A DNA stretch of 64,000 bases from the human T2T-CHM13v2.0 reference genome, Homo sapiens: NCBI RefSeq assembly GCF_009914755.1, contig NC_060939.1; one strand, given 5' to 3'. The translations under genes were made by a program, and so were the position numbers. The notes below the pieces were generated by a model. The model had not been told where the DNA came from and ran no database searches. It saw only the letters and a program-made list of their open reading frames with translations. Positions 1 through 18,489 of this stretch are shown here, piece by piece. Numbering within the stretch: position 1 is the stretch's first letter; every line of letters starts with the position of its first letter.

Positions 1-460
1 CCCAGCAATTCCGCTCCTAGGTGTATACCCAAGATAAATTAAAACATGTTTGTACAAAATTTGCACGTGAAGGTCCATGATATTCATCACAGCCAGAAGA
101 CTGAAACAACCCAAATGCCCATCAATGATGAGCTGAAAACAAAATGTGGTACATCCATGTAATGGACCATTATTCAGCCATAAAAAAGAATGATCCCTGC
201 TACCGTATGCATGAATCTTGAAAACATTACACTAAGTGAAAGAAGGCAGACAGACACAAAAAGGCTGTGTGTATATGATTCCATTTTATGAAACATCCAG
301 AATAGGTAATAAATCCATAGAGACAGAAAGTATATTAGTGGTTGCCAGGGGCTGAGGGGACCAGGTAGGAATAAGGAGTGACTGCTAATGAGTACAAGGT
401 TTTTTTTTGGCGTAATAAAAATGTTCTGGAATTAGACAGTAGTGATGGTTGTACCACATG
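1..460 (+). mobile_element. Old L1 (L1M-type) 3' region, continuing in pieces between Alus to ~1190
   Basis: CCCAGCAATTCC.CTCCTAGGT.TATACCCAAG, AAACAACCCAAATGCCCATCAA and TATTCAGCCATAAAAAAGAA are L1 3'-end signatures. Confidence 0.75.
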
Positions 461-501
461 GTTTTTTTCTGTTTGTTTGTTTGGTTTGGTTTGGTTTTGG
501 T

Positions 502-2005
<1,504 letters not shown>

Positions 2006-2347
2006 TTATTTAGAGGTAAAATTACATGATCAGTGATTTGCTTAAAAATTGCCCGCCCGGAAAAAGTACTGGCAAAATGTTGATAATTGTTGAACCTGGG
2101 TAACGGGTACATGGAGGTTCATTATACCACTCTTCCCTTTTGTGCCTATACAAAAATCCCAAGATGAATTTTTTAAATTGAATTATCAACATTTCCAAAG
2201 TCTGGCTACTCGGCTTCCTCTGTAAATGAGGAAGGCCTGGCGGCGTGGAGCCTGTGCTCCCTCAGGGCCACGTGGGAGAAGAATGGAGTGCCCCTTTGGC
2301 CTGGGAAGGAAGTAGGCAGAGCCCAGGTCTGGGGAATGACTTCTTAC

Positions 2348-2429
2348 CTGCTGCAGCTCATACTCGGTGGAGAATCGTCGTGTCACTGCCTGGATGAGGT
2401 TGGAGAAGGAGAACGAGCCACCACCATAA
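2348..2429 (-). CDS. ANPEP: ANPEP exon 20 (82 nt)
   Basis: [27 protein letters not shown]; donor CAG|GTAAGA; cumulative CDS 2751 nt. Confidence 0.97.
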
Positions 2430-2840
2430 CTGCAGGGAGGGAGAGAGGTGAACTGTGAGGGAGGCCGGGAACTAAGGAGGCTCATCCTCACACCTACTGG
2501 GTAGGGAGCCATGATTATAGAGGAGATGAAATGACACGCCCTGGGAGACCCCACTAGGATGTGGGGGAGTCACAGCTTGAACACAGGTCTGACTGCCGAG
2601 TTCCTCACTCCCCTCTCTTCTGGAGAATACGCCCACACGCCACGTTTTCCTTCCAAATGGGAAAAGGGACGGCCCATACCCCAGCTTGTCTTTCCATTCC
2701 TGCCCCACCCTAGCCCCCAGGCTTGGCTGATTTTTGTCCACTTCTGGTTAGTGCCCCCGGCGTGTCTTACCCGCACAGGCCACCCCCCGGGGCCCCAGCC
2801 TCGGCGCTCGCTGTCCCTGACACCCATTCCACAGACTCAC

Positions 2841-2981
2841 TCGTTAAAAAGCTTCTTCCAGTTGCTCTGGACAAAGTCCCAGACCAGACCTTGCCCAATG
2901 ACGTTGTTGGTAATGCTGATGATGGTAGAGGTGGCGTCCTGCTTCCGGATTAAGTCCGGGTTCAGGGTGTAGCTCAGGTAC
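2841..2981 (-). CDS. ANPEP: ANPEP exon 19 (141 nt)
   Basis: [46 protein letters not shown]; AG/GT boundaries. Confidence 0.97.
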
Positions 2982-3221
2982 CTAAGAGGGCCAGATGCTG
3001 TCTCAGCTACTGCTAATTCAGGTGACTCAGGAGAGAACTTGGACTGTCCCACGCACATCACCTATGCCTGCATCCTCTCAACATCCCCTCGGCCTGCCAG
3101 GGGCTGAGGGACCCCTTGGTCCTTCTTCCCTCTATAGATGGAAAACTGAGTCACCTAAGCAGGGTCACAGGGTCACTGGCTAAGCTAGTGTCATGCCTGA
3201 CATAGAAATATTTGACAATGA

Positions 3222-3680
<459 letters not shown>

Positions 3681-4047
3681 TGAGGCACATGGTGGGAGGT
3701 GGGGACCCTCATCCAAGGGCTTGAGGGGGTGCCCAGCTGGATGTTTGAAAAGACCCAGGTCCAGCTACACCAGAGCCTTTGACAGAAGGGAAGACGAGTT
3801 GTTGTCAGGTAAAGGCTAAGAGGCCACAGCAGCTAGGAACAGAGGACATGGACCCAGACCTGAGTCCATATCTTGTCTCTATCACTTATTAAAGCTTCCA
3901 GTCTGCACCGGTTACTTTGGAAATACTGCCTCCACCTCAACAGGTCTGTGGGGGTCACGTGAAGGATCTGGCGAGGAGTGTGGAGGCCTGCCTGGTTCTC
4001 CAGGTGGGGAGAGGGCTCTCGCAGTCCCACCCTGCGCCAAGACTCAC

Positions 4048-4215
4048 CTGTTCAGGATCCACAACTCTTTGCTGCAGGCCAGGGCTGCCCGGAGCTTGTC
4101 AGCCTCATTGACCAGTGTGGCATTTCGGAACTGCTCCCAGGCGAAGTCCCACTCCTCCTCCCCGCCCTGGGCGATAGCGTTGCAGTAGACGGTGGACCGC
4201 AGGTTGGGGTGGATC
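4048..4215 (-). CDS. ANPEP: ANPEP exon 18 (168 nt)
   Basis: [55 protein letters not shown]; AG/GT boundaries. Confidence 0.97.
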
Positions 4216-4339
4216 CTGGTGTGGGGTAGGGAGGTCAGGTGTGGAACAGCAGCGGGGAGGGTGGGACAGGGTTCTGCTGAGGACGGGGCTGTTGGGGGCA
4301 GATGAAGACTGGCAGAGGAGGCGCAGGGGAGACACTCAC

Positions 4340-4450
4340 GGGTTATTATTGGGGTTCTCCATCCACTGCTTGAAAAGGCCAGAGACCATCTCCTCACACT
4401 CTGGAACTCCGTTGGAGCAGGCGGTGCTGATGGCATTAACCTCGCTGTAC
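4340..4450 (-). CDS. ANPEP: ANPEP exon 17 (111 nt)
   Basis: [36 protein letters not shown]; AG/GT boundaries. Confidence 0.97.
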
Positions 4451-4922
4451 CTGCCCCAGGGGTGACACGCGGTTAGCACACCTGGCGAACTCCAGCCAAG
4501 ATTCACCTCTTGACACACAACCCCAGGCCGGCACCCTGCCTAAGGCTCTGTGGCCTAACTGGCCCTCTGACCCCCGCTGTATGTGCTTTGTGCCTTGGGC
4601 CTGAGGTTCCTTGGTCCCCAAAGCAGCCCTGTGACCCAGAAGGGCAGGAACAGGCTCCAGCCCCAGTTTCAACACCTAGAAACTGTATAACCTCAAGCCA
4701 GTGGGGTGAGCTAGAGTTTCAGTTTGGGTCTTTGTATAAAGAGGTCCGATGGGCCCTCAGGCCACATGGAGCCTCAGGGCAGGACCTCCCTGCTCCTGGG
4801 TGGGGGTCTCTCCCTGCCTGGTGCCCCCGCATTGAGAGCTGCGGCAGAGAACACTGCCAGGATGTTGCTCTTGACTCCCCGGGGTGCCCAGGACTTCCAA
4901 ACCCATGAGAGCTCCCACTCAC

Positions 4923-5014
4923 TGGTCCATCAGGTTTTCTGGGATCTCCCTCCAGTTGTTGGTATTATTTCTGAAGTGAATGAAGAGGGGTGTGACCTGC
5001 TTCTTCAGGTAGTT
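4923..5014 (-). CDS. ANPEP: ANPEP exon 16 (92 nt)
   Basis: [30 protein letters not shown]; AG/GT boundaries. Confidence 0.97.
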
Positions 5015-5290
5015 CTGGGGAAAAGAAAATATGAATCTCATCAAAGACTCATGCCTGACCTGCCTGGAGCCCCACAGAGCCTCTGATGTTGGGGGGCAGG
5101 CGCTGGCAGAGACGTCAGAGGTCAGGGCCTCACCTGAGGCCAAACAGTGCTCAAAGGGGCCCATAGAAGTCTAGAGTTCAAATAACTGAGCTGAGTTTCT
5201 TTCTGCTTAAAGCCTTAGTCAGTTGCAATATTCTTTGTCTACGGGTCACCATTTCTTAATATAAAATGTTGGGTTTTCCCTACACAATCA

Positions 5291-8684
<3,394 letters not shown>

Positions 8685-9439
8685 TGATAATTGAACATTT
8701 TTTAATGAAAAAAGATCTCTTCAAGCATGATTTAATGACTACATATCACACCCTGAAATGGATATTCTACAGTTTAACCAATCTTCAACCTTTAGACGTT
8801 TAAGTATTTGTGTTTTGTTTGCTTTTTGTCTTTTATAAACTGCTGCAGTGAGCATCCTATGGATGTAGCTTATTCATCCAGAATAAGCTCGAGTTTCCTT
8901 TTGGTCTCCCAAGCGGGAGCCTCAGCCCTCAAATAGGCCCCTATGCTCAGCCTTAAGATACTCCAAAGCAGCCAATACCCACATCTCTCTCATAGCGCAG
9001 GTGGGCTGGCCGGGCAGGTAGAGGCCTGCCCATCTGACAGAGAAGTTAACTGGGTCTGAGAAAGGGTTGCCCAAGGCCACACAGCTGGCAAAAGACAGGT
9101 CTTCTGGCCCTCAGCATGGTGGCCTTTTCTGTGCCTTCTGAAAGCGTTAATTCCCCATATTTCAAATCAACAAACGTTGCTGAAGTCTCCGCGACCTTTA
9201 TTGTTTTGCCCCACGCAGCCTCCTCACTCACCTCCATGTCCCTCCGGCTCGCTCTTTCACCTGCGTGCTCTCAGGAGAGAACCTGACAAGGCAATCTTTC
9301 TTTTTTTTTGGTTTTTTGTTTTGCTTTTGAAGGTTCCCTGACCAGGAGTCCAGTAGGCAATAGTCTATTAACTTCCTAATAGTGCACTTTCAGGCACTGG
9401 GGCGAACTGGTTCTTGAACCCTACCATGCACCTCCGTAC

Positions 9440-9587
9440 CTTCATGGGGCCATAGACCTCGGAGCGGTCAAACATGAGCTTGAAGTAGCTCAGGCTGCTC
9501 AGGGCGGCCTCCCAGGGCATGTACTGTCTCTCTTCAATCAGGAAGAGGGTGTTGTTCAGCGCCAGAGTGACAGGGACCTTATGGGCA
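9440..9587 (-). CDS. ANPEP: ANPEP exon 15 (148 nt)
   Basis: [49 protein letters not shown]; AG/GT boundaries. Confidence 0.97.
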
Positions 9588-10220
9588 CTGGGAATAAACA
9601 GAGGGGCCCAAGTAAAGCACCTCCACCCAGCCCAGCCACAGCCTGGGAACCCCAACCCAGGCCCTCAAAGATGCTCCACACCCCTAGGCCCCCTGTATCC
9701 ACTCCTGGAGCCGGAGGTCCCAGATTCCCAACTGAGCCAGCTCAGGCATTTGCCATGGAAAAAGAGCTACATGGCTGCTGGGTGGTGCCACAAACAAGGC
9801 CCCACCCTCACCCATTGGCAGTTCCACTCCTTTGCTTATTATCCCCATTTTACAGATGAGGAAACTGAGGCTCAGAGAAGTGAAGTGACTTGCCCAAGGT
9901 CACACACCTCACGAGAGACAGAGCTGAGATTTAAAAGGGCAAGAAGCCCGTGTTCTTAACTCTGACCACCTCTTCTGACTTTCTGGGCACTCTAGGCCTT
10001 TCTTCCTCCTGCCTTCTGTACACATTTAGCTCACAAATGTCCTTGTCTGTGGGTGACATCACTCATGTCCAAGAGCTTAGAGTACCTCACCCCAAACAGA
10101 GTAGGTGCTCAATAAGTACCTGTTTATCCATACTGCATCCCTCCTGCCCTGTCCAGCCCAGATTTTTGGCACTTAGAACAGTGGCCCAGCATAGTCAGCC
10201 TTCAGGAAAAGCTTGGTGCA

Positions 10221-10849
10221 GCTGGGCACGGTGGCTCACACCTATAATCCCAGCTCTTTGGGATGGCAAGGCAGGTGGATCACCTGAGGTCAGGAGTTTG
10301 AGACCAGCCTGGTCAACATGGTGAAACCCCATCTGTACTAAAAATGCAAAAATCAGCTGGGCATGGTGGCACATGCCTGTAATCCTAGCTACTCAGGAGG
10401 CCGAGAAGGGAGAATCGCTTGAATCTAGGAGGCAGAGGTCGTAGTGAGCCAAGATCACGCCACTGCACTCCAGCCCGGGTGACAGAGCAAGACTCCATCT
10501 CAAAAAAAAAAAGCGGGGGGGCATGGCCAGGTGCCATGGCTCATGCCTGTAATCCCAGCACTTTGGGAAGCCGAGGTGGGTGGATCACAAGGTCAGGAGT
10601 GCGAGACCAGCCTGACCAACATGGTGAAACCCCATCTCTACTAAAAATACAAAAATTAGCTGGGCATGGTGGTGCACACCTGTAATCCCAGCAACTCGGG
10701 AGGCTGAGGCAGAGAATCGCTTGAACCTGGGAGGTGGAGGCTGCAGTGAGCTGAGATCGCGCCACTGTACTCCAACCTGGGCAACAGAGCGAGACTCCGT
10801 CTCAAAACAAACAAACAAACAAACAAACAAACAAAAACAAAAACAAAAA
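10221..10849 (+). mobile_element. Two tandem Alus (intron 14), the second with an (AAAC)n tail
   Basis: Alu consensus motifs. Confidence 0.92.
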
Positions 10850-11124
10850 GCTTGGTGCTGTGGAGTAGAGGATGGCTTTGGAGTTGGACAAGCCTCTGTC
10901 TGGCTGTCATGAACTACTGTGTGACTTCGGGCAAGGTGTCACATTCTTCATCTGTGAAATGGGTGTGTGGGGACCCAGGGAGGGACGTCCAGGGAGCACA
11001 GGAGCTCAGGGCACAGCACGTGGCATATGGGAAGGGCAGCAGGAGGAGCAGGGGCCCTCATTGTGGACTCAGACTTGCTGAAGTCACGAGCTTCTGCAGC
11101 TGAGCCAGGCAGCGGAGCACTCAC

Positions 11125-11180
11125 CTGGCCAGGTTGAAGGCGTCATTAATGATCTGTGCCCGATTGATGACAGGGATGGC
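11125..11180 (-). CDS. ANPEP: ANPEP exon 14 (56 nt)
   Basis: [18 protein letters not shown]; TAG/GTGAGT; keeps the frame between exons 13 and 15. Confidence 0.95.
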
Positions 11181-11290
11181 CTAGAATGCGAAGCACAGCA
11201 TGTGACCATGGGTTGGCTGTGGGTGGCAGGCCTTGCAGTCTGGTGCCTGTCCTGGGGCAGGGGGCAGGGCGAGGGGTGGCAGACACTCAC

Positions 11291-11424
11291 CGAGTGGTCT
11301 CTCTGCAGCTGAGTCTGAATCTTCCTCCAGTTCTCTTCGTCGTAGTTCACCCGGTAATAGCCCGTCACATTGAGGTTCAGCAGGACCCACTCATTGCCTG
11401 ATGTGCTGAAGAGATCGTTCTGGG
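11291..11424 (-). CDS. ANPEP: ANPEP exon 13 (134 nt)
   Basis: [44 protein letters not shown]; AG/GT boundaries. Confidence 0.97.
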
Positions 11425-12377
11425 CTGTGGAGAGGGACGAGACCTGGGCAGGGCTGCTCAGAGGCCATGGGCTGACCCCTGGACCTCTTGCAAGAGCAGC
11501 TGCCCCCGCAGCCTGGCACCACCTCACCCTCAAGCTGCTGGGGAGACGCTAAGGGTGGGGAAGGAAGGGATGAGGAACTGGGCTGCCAGTGGCTTCACAG
11601 ACCATCAACCCATGAAGATGACATGCCACCCCAAACCTCAGAACCTGCCCTGCCTCCCTAGGCTCTGCACGGCCAGGCCAGCTGCCAGGCCGCTCACACT
11701 CAGCAATCCAGGCTGTTCCTCCTCCTTGCCCTCCTCCACACTCCATCACACCTGTCACCCAAGTGGGAACCACAGGCAGCTCCTCCTCTCCCTTCCCCTC
11801 CCATTCACCCAGACCCCCAGTGCTGCTGTCTCTTTCTGGGGCTTAGTGCCCCTTCCTCCCTGTGGGTCCCCCTCCTCCCTCACTCCTCTCATACTTTGTT
11901 TCAGCAGCCAGAGGTCAGGGCCAATAGGTTGCTCATTTCCCACCTGCCCCATCCACTGTCTCCTGCAGCCCCTGGGGCCCTTGGGGACCAGCTTTATCTC
12001 TTGGGCACACCTCTGCCCTAGCTACACTCAGTCCCCACACTCTCTCCTACCTCTATCCCTGGCACTTGCTATTCCCTTTGCCTGGAATTCTTTTCTCTGC
12101 CACATTAGCCTGTCTGATTCCTACTCTTCCTCTAAGACTCAGCTCACCTCCTCCGGGAAGCCCTCCCTGACCTCTCCATGAACTTGAATCTCCCTTATTC
12201 CCTGCTCCATGTCCCCATACCTCACTAGCCCCAACCATACACTCTGAAAGCACTCAGCACAGCACTAGAATGCCTCCAACTTCTTGCCTTCCTTCATCTG
12301 TAGCCTTGGCCAAGGCAAAGGATGACTTGTCATGCCCTTCGCTTCTTCAGTGCCTTGCTGAGTAGGGCTGCTCATAA

Positions 12378-12717
<340 letters not shown>

Positions 12718-12975
12718 TAGGATTCTCTCCTTTAATCCTCACATAACTAATGGAGTATTGCTCTTAGCCTCATTTTATAGAAGAGGAACTAGAGACCAGA
12801 GCGGGATGGTAACTTGCCCAGAGTCACACAGCGAAGCAGCAGCAAAGTGGAGATTGGAACCAAAGAAGTCAAGTCCATTTGTTGAATGGAATGGCCCATC
12901 ACAGCCCTCAGAACATGGGCCAGGAGCTAGGAGTATGGGGTGGGGGCTGCTGCCCATAAGGCAGGGCTGGATTAC

Positions 12976-13052
12976 CTCTTACATCTATCAGCCAGTAGTC
13001 CTGCTGCTGTCTGCCATCTCTGATGGATGTGATGGGCACAATCCACACGTAG
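12976..13052 (-). CDS. ANPEP: ANPEP exon 12 (77 nt)
   Basis: YVWIVPITSIRDGRQQQDYWLIDVR; AG/GT boundaries. Confidence 0.96.
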
Positions 13053-13299
13053 CTGCAATTAAAGATCCAGAGGTGGTGAGAGATGGCGGTGTGGTCACTG
13101 CCAGTGAGGAGCAGCTGCCCAGGCTCCCAGCTTCTGCCCAGCTCTGGCACCGAGTGCCCCTGAACTCCTGGCTCTGGAGGGAGGGTCTGTCTACAGTGGC
13201 TGGGGCTGGGACCACAGGAGGCCAGTCCTACTATGGTCCCTTAGTAACTGCCCTCTACCCCACCCACCTGACCATGCCTCAGTGACCCCATCTGCTCAC

Positions 13300-13472
13300 T
13301 TGAATTCTGAGGGGCGGGTAACATTGGAATCGGGGTCAAGGAGGAAGTGCTCCTGGGAAAGGGTCCCCGTGCTGGTATCCACCGTGATGACCGGGAAGCC
13401 CATCTGCAGGGTCCAGCGGTTCATGATGTCCCGCACGGTGGTGGGGAGTTGGATGGACCGGTTGTTCACAGC
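13300..13472 (-). CDS. ANPEP: ANPEP exon 11 (173 nt)
   Basis: [31 protein letters not shown]...RPSEF; AG/GT boundaries. Confidence 0.97.
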
Positions 13473-15103
13473 CTGTGGGTGGAGCGAGAGGGCGTGGCCA
13501 TCAGTGGGACCCTCCAGTCCCTGCCATCCAGGGCATCTCCTGCAGATTCTCGCCTCGACCCCGGGGGGCCACTTGTATGGGAGGCCTGGGAAGGGCACTG
13601 GGCTGGGAGCCGGGAGCCAGGGTACCGTCCAGCTCTGCCTCTCCTCGGCTGCTCAGTGCTGGACGAGCTGGAGAACTTCCCAGCAAATCTATGAGGCCCT
13701 CCATTCTGTGGTCCACCCTGAGGTGTGTATGTCAGGGAGGGGGTGCCCAGGATGCCCATGGCTCTTCCTGAACAACACTGGGAGGAGGACAAGAAAGAGG
13801 AGACAGAGATGAGAGAAAGCCAGTGTTCAGGTGTCACAGGCAGGGGTGGGGGACGGGGCCCTGGGGGTCGCATGAGGGAAGTGCACTCGGACTGGGGTGT
13901 GGGGCGGGACTCAGGGGCACTGTTGTTGTCTTCTTGTCTTCTTGGATCTTTGCTCATGCACCTGCCTTGCCTTTGTCATCACAACAGAAAGCCAACCCCA
14001 TTTGTTAATAACTGAAGAAAGGAATCACCTAAGAACGGGGCCACACAGAGGGCAGAAGAGCATGTGGGGAGGAACCAGCTGGGGGCTGCCGGCCGAGGGT
14101 CTCAGGAAAGAGGAGTGAGAGGGAGGAGAGCTTGGCTTAGGAGGGAACGCAAAGGGGAAGTTGGGGCAGGGCAAGGAAGGTAGTGGGGGAGACCCAGGCA
14201 ATGACAGTGTCATTTTGTCAGCAGCATCTTGGGGTCTAGGGGGTTGGAAATTGCCCAGCAGGGACCCGGACCTCAGCTGTGACTCTGTGACAAGATCCTG
14301 GGTCTCGCTTCCCTGGTGAGACAGGCCTGGACTGGAAGTGCAGCAGCAACAGTGGGGTAGAAGCTGGACGGGAATTTGAGGCTCGGAACTCTGGAGGGGC
14401 TGTCGGTGAGGAGAGGACATGTCTGTCCTCTGGCTTAAGACGCTAGCATTGGGCAGAGCTGCAGGGAAGGGGTAGGGGGCAGCTGTCAGGGAAATGATGT
14501 CAGCGGAAATGATGGGGGCAGGATGGAGAGGAGGTGGACTCCAACCCTGGGGGAGGGAGAGGAGCGGCGGCCTCTGGGGGAAGGCAGGAGGGTGTGGCAG
14601 TCTGGGGATCTGCCCTACAAACAGGGGCTGTGCGGGGTCTGATGGAGAGGAACTCGAGCCGGGGCAGGGGCAGAGGGCAGAGTTCCTGCTGAGGGTGGTG
14701 GAGCTGTGTGCAGAGACATGCCCGTGGCGCCAGCGGGGGGCACAGGGCAGCCAGGAGTGGGGAGAAGGTTGAATGTCAGGCTCCAGAGTTCCAGGCAGAG
14801 GCGGGAACCATGAGGGCAGTTTCCTCACCACCAGGAAGGGGCTCTACAGCTCCCATCAAGAAGCCCGCTGTAGCCTGAGGTCAGCTGCTGGCCAGGACCT
14901 CAACCACAGCCTCACTCAGACACCTCTTGCAAGGAGCCATCCCGGCTTCCACTATAGGGAGGAGCAACAGAGGCTCCATCCACCCTGCAGGGCTGGTCAG
15001 CCGCGGAGCTGGACCCATTCTCTTACGCATGTGCTGCCCCCAGGTACCTTCAGCATCTCAAGACCCCAACAGGATGGCTGTGGAGGGGCTGGCTGCTACT
15101 GAC

Positions 15104-15169
15104 CTCCTGCAGGTGGTCCCACAGGTTCAGGTAGATGGTGTTCTGGTAGGCAAAGGTGTGGAGGTAGGA
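15104..15169 (-). CDS. ANPEP: ANPEP exon 10 (66 nt)
   Basis: [22 protein letters not shown]; AG/GTCAGT. Confidence 0.96.
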
Positions 15170-15306
15170 CTGTGGAAAGACGGGGCACAGTGAGAGCACA
15201 GCTGGAGCCCCCCAGGCTCCCCCTCTGTGGTGGGCAGAGGCCCGGGTCAAGGGCGAGGGGCAGAAGGAGACCCACCCTCATGGCTGGCCCAGGGTGCAGT
15301 ACTCAC

Positions 15307-15372
15307 CGCCAGGCCCTGCTTGAATACGTCCTCGGACAGGAAGCTGGAGAGCATCCTGAGGACTGAGGCGCC
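15307..15372 (-). CDS. ANPEP: ANPEP exon 9 (66 nt)
   Basis: GASVLRMLSSFLSEDVFKQGLA; AG/GTGAGT. Confidence 0.96.
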
Positions 15373-15448
15373 CTGGGGTGGGGGTGAGGGGGCGCTCAGA
15401 AGGCTGTGCAGAGCCACCAGGACCCTGTGCCCCCAGACCCTGCCTTCA

Positions 15449-15882
<434 letters not shown>

Positions 15883-16117
15883 TCAGCTGGGCAAGCCACG
15901 CCCAGGCTGGGCACTGAGAATCCCCAGAACTACCCTCCCCAGGGCTGGCCATCTGCCAGGCACAGTGGGGATTTCAACACCATCGTGACCCCTTCCTGCT
16001 GCCCTGCCAGGCGGCACCCTCCTCCCTTCTCAGCAGCCCGGGGCAGAGCCTGGACTTGCGCCGTCTCCTCTCGGAGCCCCTGTTTCCTTCTCCGCACTCC
16101 CCGAGATGGGGGTCTAC

Positions 16118-16272
16118 CTGGTGGGCCAGCTCATGAGCAATCACAGTGACCACCCGCTCCTTGTTGCTGCTGGAGGAGGACAGGGGGTCGAACAGCAGGG
16201 AGTTCTCCCGGTAGGTCACCAGTCCCCAGTTCTCCATGGCGCCGGCGTTGAAGTCTGGCAGGCCAATCTGGT
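16118..16272 (-). CDS. ANPEP: ANPEP exon 6 (155 nt) carrying the GAMEN and HEXXH motifs
   Basis: [22 protein letters not shown]...VIAHELAHQ: M1 exopeptidase motif and zinc ligands H388/H392. Confidence 0.98.
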
Positions 16273-16355
16273 CTGGGGAGGCGATGCCATTGGCAGGATG
16301 AACTCCGGGAGTGGAGCTCCATCCACTGCCTCCCTCCTCAAGGACCCCCACTCAC

Positions 16356-16482
16356 CTGATTTTGGGAGTGGGTAGGGTGTGTCATAATGACCAGCAAAGA
16401 AGTTAAGGATGGGGCCCGTCACGTTCAGGGCATAATCGCCGTGGCCCGCCGCAATGGCACTGGGCCGGGCCCAGATCCGGAT
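16356..16482 (-). CDS. ANPEP: ANPEP exon 5 (127 nt)
   Basis: [42 protein letters not shown]; AG/GT boundaries. Confidence 0.97.
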
Positions 16483-16942
16483 CTGCAAGGTGTGAGGAAG
16501 AAGCAGACCAGGGGCTCCTGTTTGATCCTGGGGCAGGTGGGCTGGGTCCCAGGGCCCAGTGGGCTGGGGGGATCCCTGATGGGCCAGGGCTGGAGGCCAA
16601 TCAAGCTAAACCTAGAGGCCTGGTCAGCAGAGGGGAACGCTACTGGGGTCTGGAGGCTGTGGGTCCTAGAGAAGGGCCTTTGGAGAATAACAATCATCAT
16701 AGCCACCGTCTGTCTGGTAACCGGTGGGTCAGGAACTCCCTTCATGAAGAGAAACCATTGTTTTCATTTTTCAGGTGCAGAAATGGAGAACCAGAGAACA
16801 AGACACTTGCCTGAAATCACTCAGAGGTGGGATTCCAACCCTGGCCTAACAATTCAGAAACTGGCACAGGGATGAAGAGAACGGGAAGACCCCTCAAGCC
16901 GGGGCCAGCCCACGTGAAGGAGAGATGGGCCCAGCCTCATAC

Positions 16943-17082
16943 CAAGACACCATTGGATGCCTGCTTCTCCACGTAGTCGAACTCACTGACAATGAAGGCC
17001 AGCAAGTACGTGGACATCTTGGGCGTGGTGTGGAACTCAGTGACATTCCAGTTGGGGTCTTCTGGAAGTGGGGTGCTGGGAC
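16943..17082 (-). CDS. ANPEP: ANPEP exon 4 (140 nt)
   Basis: [46 protein letters not shown]; AG/GT boundaries. Confidence 0.97.
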
Positions 17083-17185
17083 CTGGGCAGGGAGCATGTG
17101 TGTGTGAGGACGTACCCTCCTGCCCCACACCCCAGCCCAGGGTGCCTGCCCCCTGGCCCTGTGGCCGCAGGCAGGGCCCACTCAC

Positions 17186-17328
17186 CTTTGGGAAGCATGT
17201 TGGACAGGGCTGTCAGGTCCTTGGGGTGGATAAGCGTGATGTTGAACTCGGCCTTCATGGCCGGCTCATCGAAGCATGGGAAGGACTTCCGGGCATCTGC
17301 AGCCTGCATCTGTGTAGTGGCCACCACC
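17186..17328 (-). CDS. ANPEP: ANPEP exon 3 (143 nt)
   Basis: [22 protein letters not shown]...SNMLPK; AG/GT boundaries; frame continuous. Confidence 0.97.
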
Positions 17329-17834
17329 CTGCCCCAACAGGAAGGTTAGAGGGTGTGCCAGAGCTGGGGGTGTGGGAGGGGCTCTGAGGATGCTACCAGG
17401 CATGCAGGGAAAGGGGTACATGGAAGGCTGCCCCAGCCTAACCCCTGCTCCTGCTCCCACCCCCGCCTCGCCGGGAGCCTCCGGAGCCCTGCCAGGCCAG
17501 CTGACTCGTGGGGGTTGGGGCTCCTTCTGGATTCGGGGTGCCAGCAGGCTCTCAGGGACCTCGGGTGAGTTTCTCTCCTCTGAGCCTCGGTTTTCCTGTC
17601 TGTCCAAGGGACGCTCTGTCCCTCATCCCCAGCTCCCTGGTGAGGGGTGGGGAAGCCCTCCCAGTTCGGTGCATTTGCAGCTGCTTTGCCAGCAGCTGGA
17701 GGTGAAGCAATGGGCCAGTCTCGGGCTCCACAGGGTTCAAAGGCCTGCAAGCTAAGTCCTTCCTTGGCCCTCAGAATCCAGCCTTGCCTCAGCACCTCGG
17801 ATCCACCCCACCGGGCAGCCCAGCCGGAACTCAC

Positions 17835-18448
17835 TTTCTGACATTGCCCTCCATGTACTCGCTGCGGTAGAAGCCCGCCAGGTCATCTGCCAACTCCCCC
17901 TCGAACTCGCTGTCCATCTCATACTGGCTGTCCTTCACCAGGGAGCCCTTGAGGTGCACCACCAGGTACTCGGTGGGCTCCACCAGCTCAGTCTTGTCAA
18001 TGTCGGGGGGCTGGGAGCCTCCCACACCACGCAGGACCACCCTGTGCCCCTGGCTGAGGGTGTAGTTGAGCTTCTTGCTGTGGATGATGATGACGTCAGT
18101 GGCCTCCTTGCAGGTGAAACGGACGGTGCTGGAGCCCTTAAAAACGTACAGGCCCCTGTCATTGGGGGTGAGGTACGGTCTCAGCGTCACCTGGTAGGAA
18201 TCGGGTTTCAGCGTGTTGGGGAGGCGGTAACGATTCCACGCTTTACTTTGGTCCAAGGTGGTGGCCGAGGCGGGGTTGGTGGTGGCTGAGGCGGACGGGG
18301 TGGTGGAGGCCACGGGGGAGCTGTTGGCGTTCTTGTTCTTCTCCTGGGAGTACACCACTGACAGTGCGATGATTGTGCACACGGCTGCCACGCCCAGGAG
18401 GATCCCCAGGATGCCCAGGGACTTGGAAATATAGAAGCCCTTGGCCAT
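17835..18448 (-). CDS. ANPEP: ANPEP exon 2 coding part (aa 1-205): cytoplasmic tail, type II signal-anchor, Ser/Thr stalk, start of domain I
   Basis: ATG in strong Kozak context (CACCATGG); [23 protein letters not shown] transmembrane segment; donor GTGAGT; 614 nt. The exon extends as 5'UTR to the acceptor at 18671. Confidence 0.98.
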
Positions 18449-18489
18449 GGTGATGGTGGGGAGGCGGCTCAGGGAGCCTCAGGCCAGGC

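Noticed and set aside
14025-14831. 268-aa Pro/Ser-rich ORF in ANPEP intron 10, the longest in the track
   Set aside because: Non-ATG start, low-complexity GC-rich sequence, no recognisable domain or splice support.
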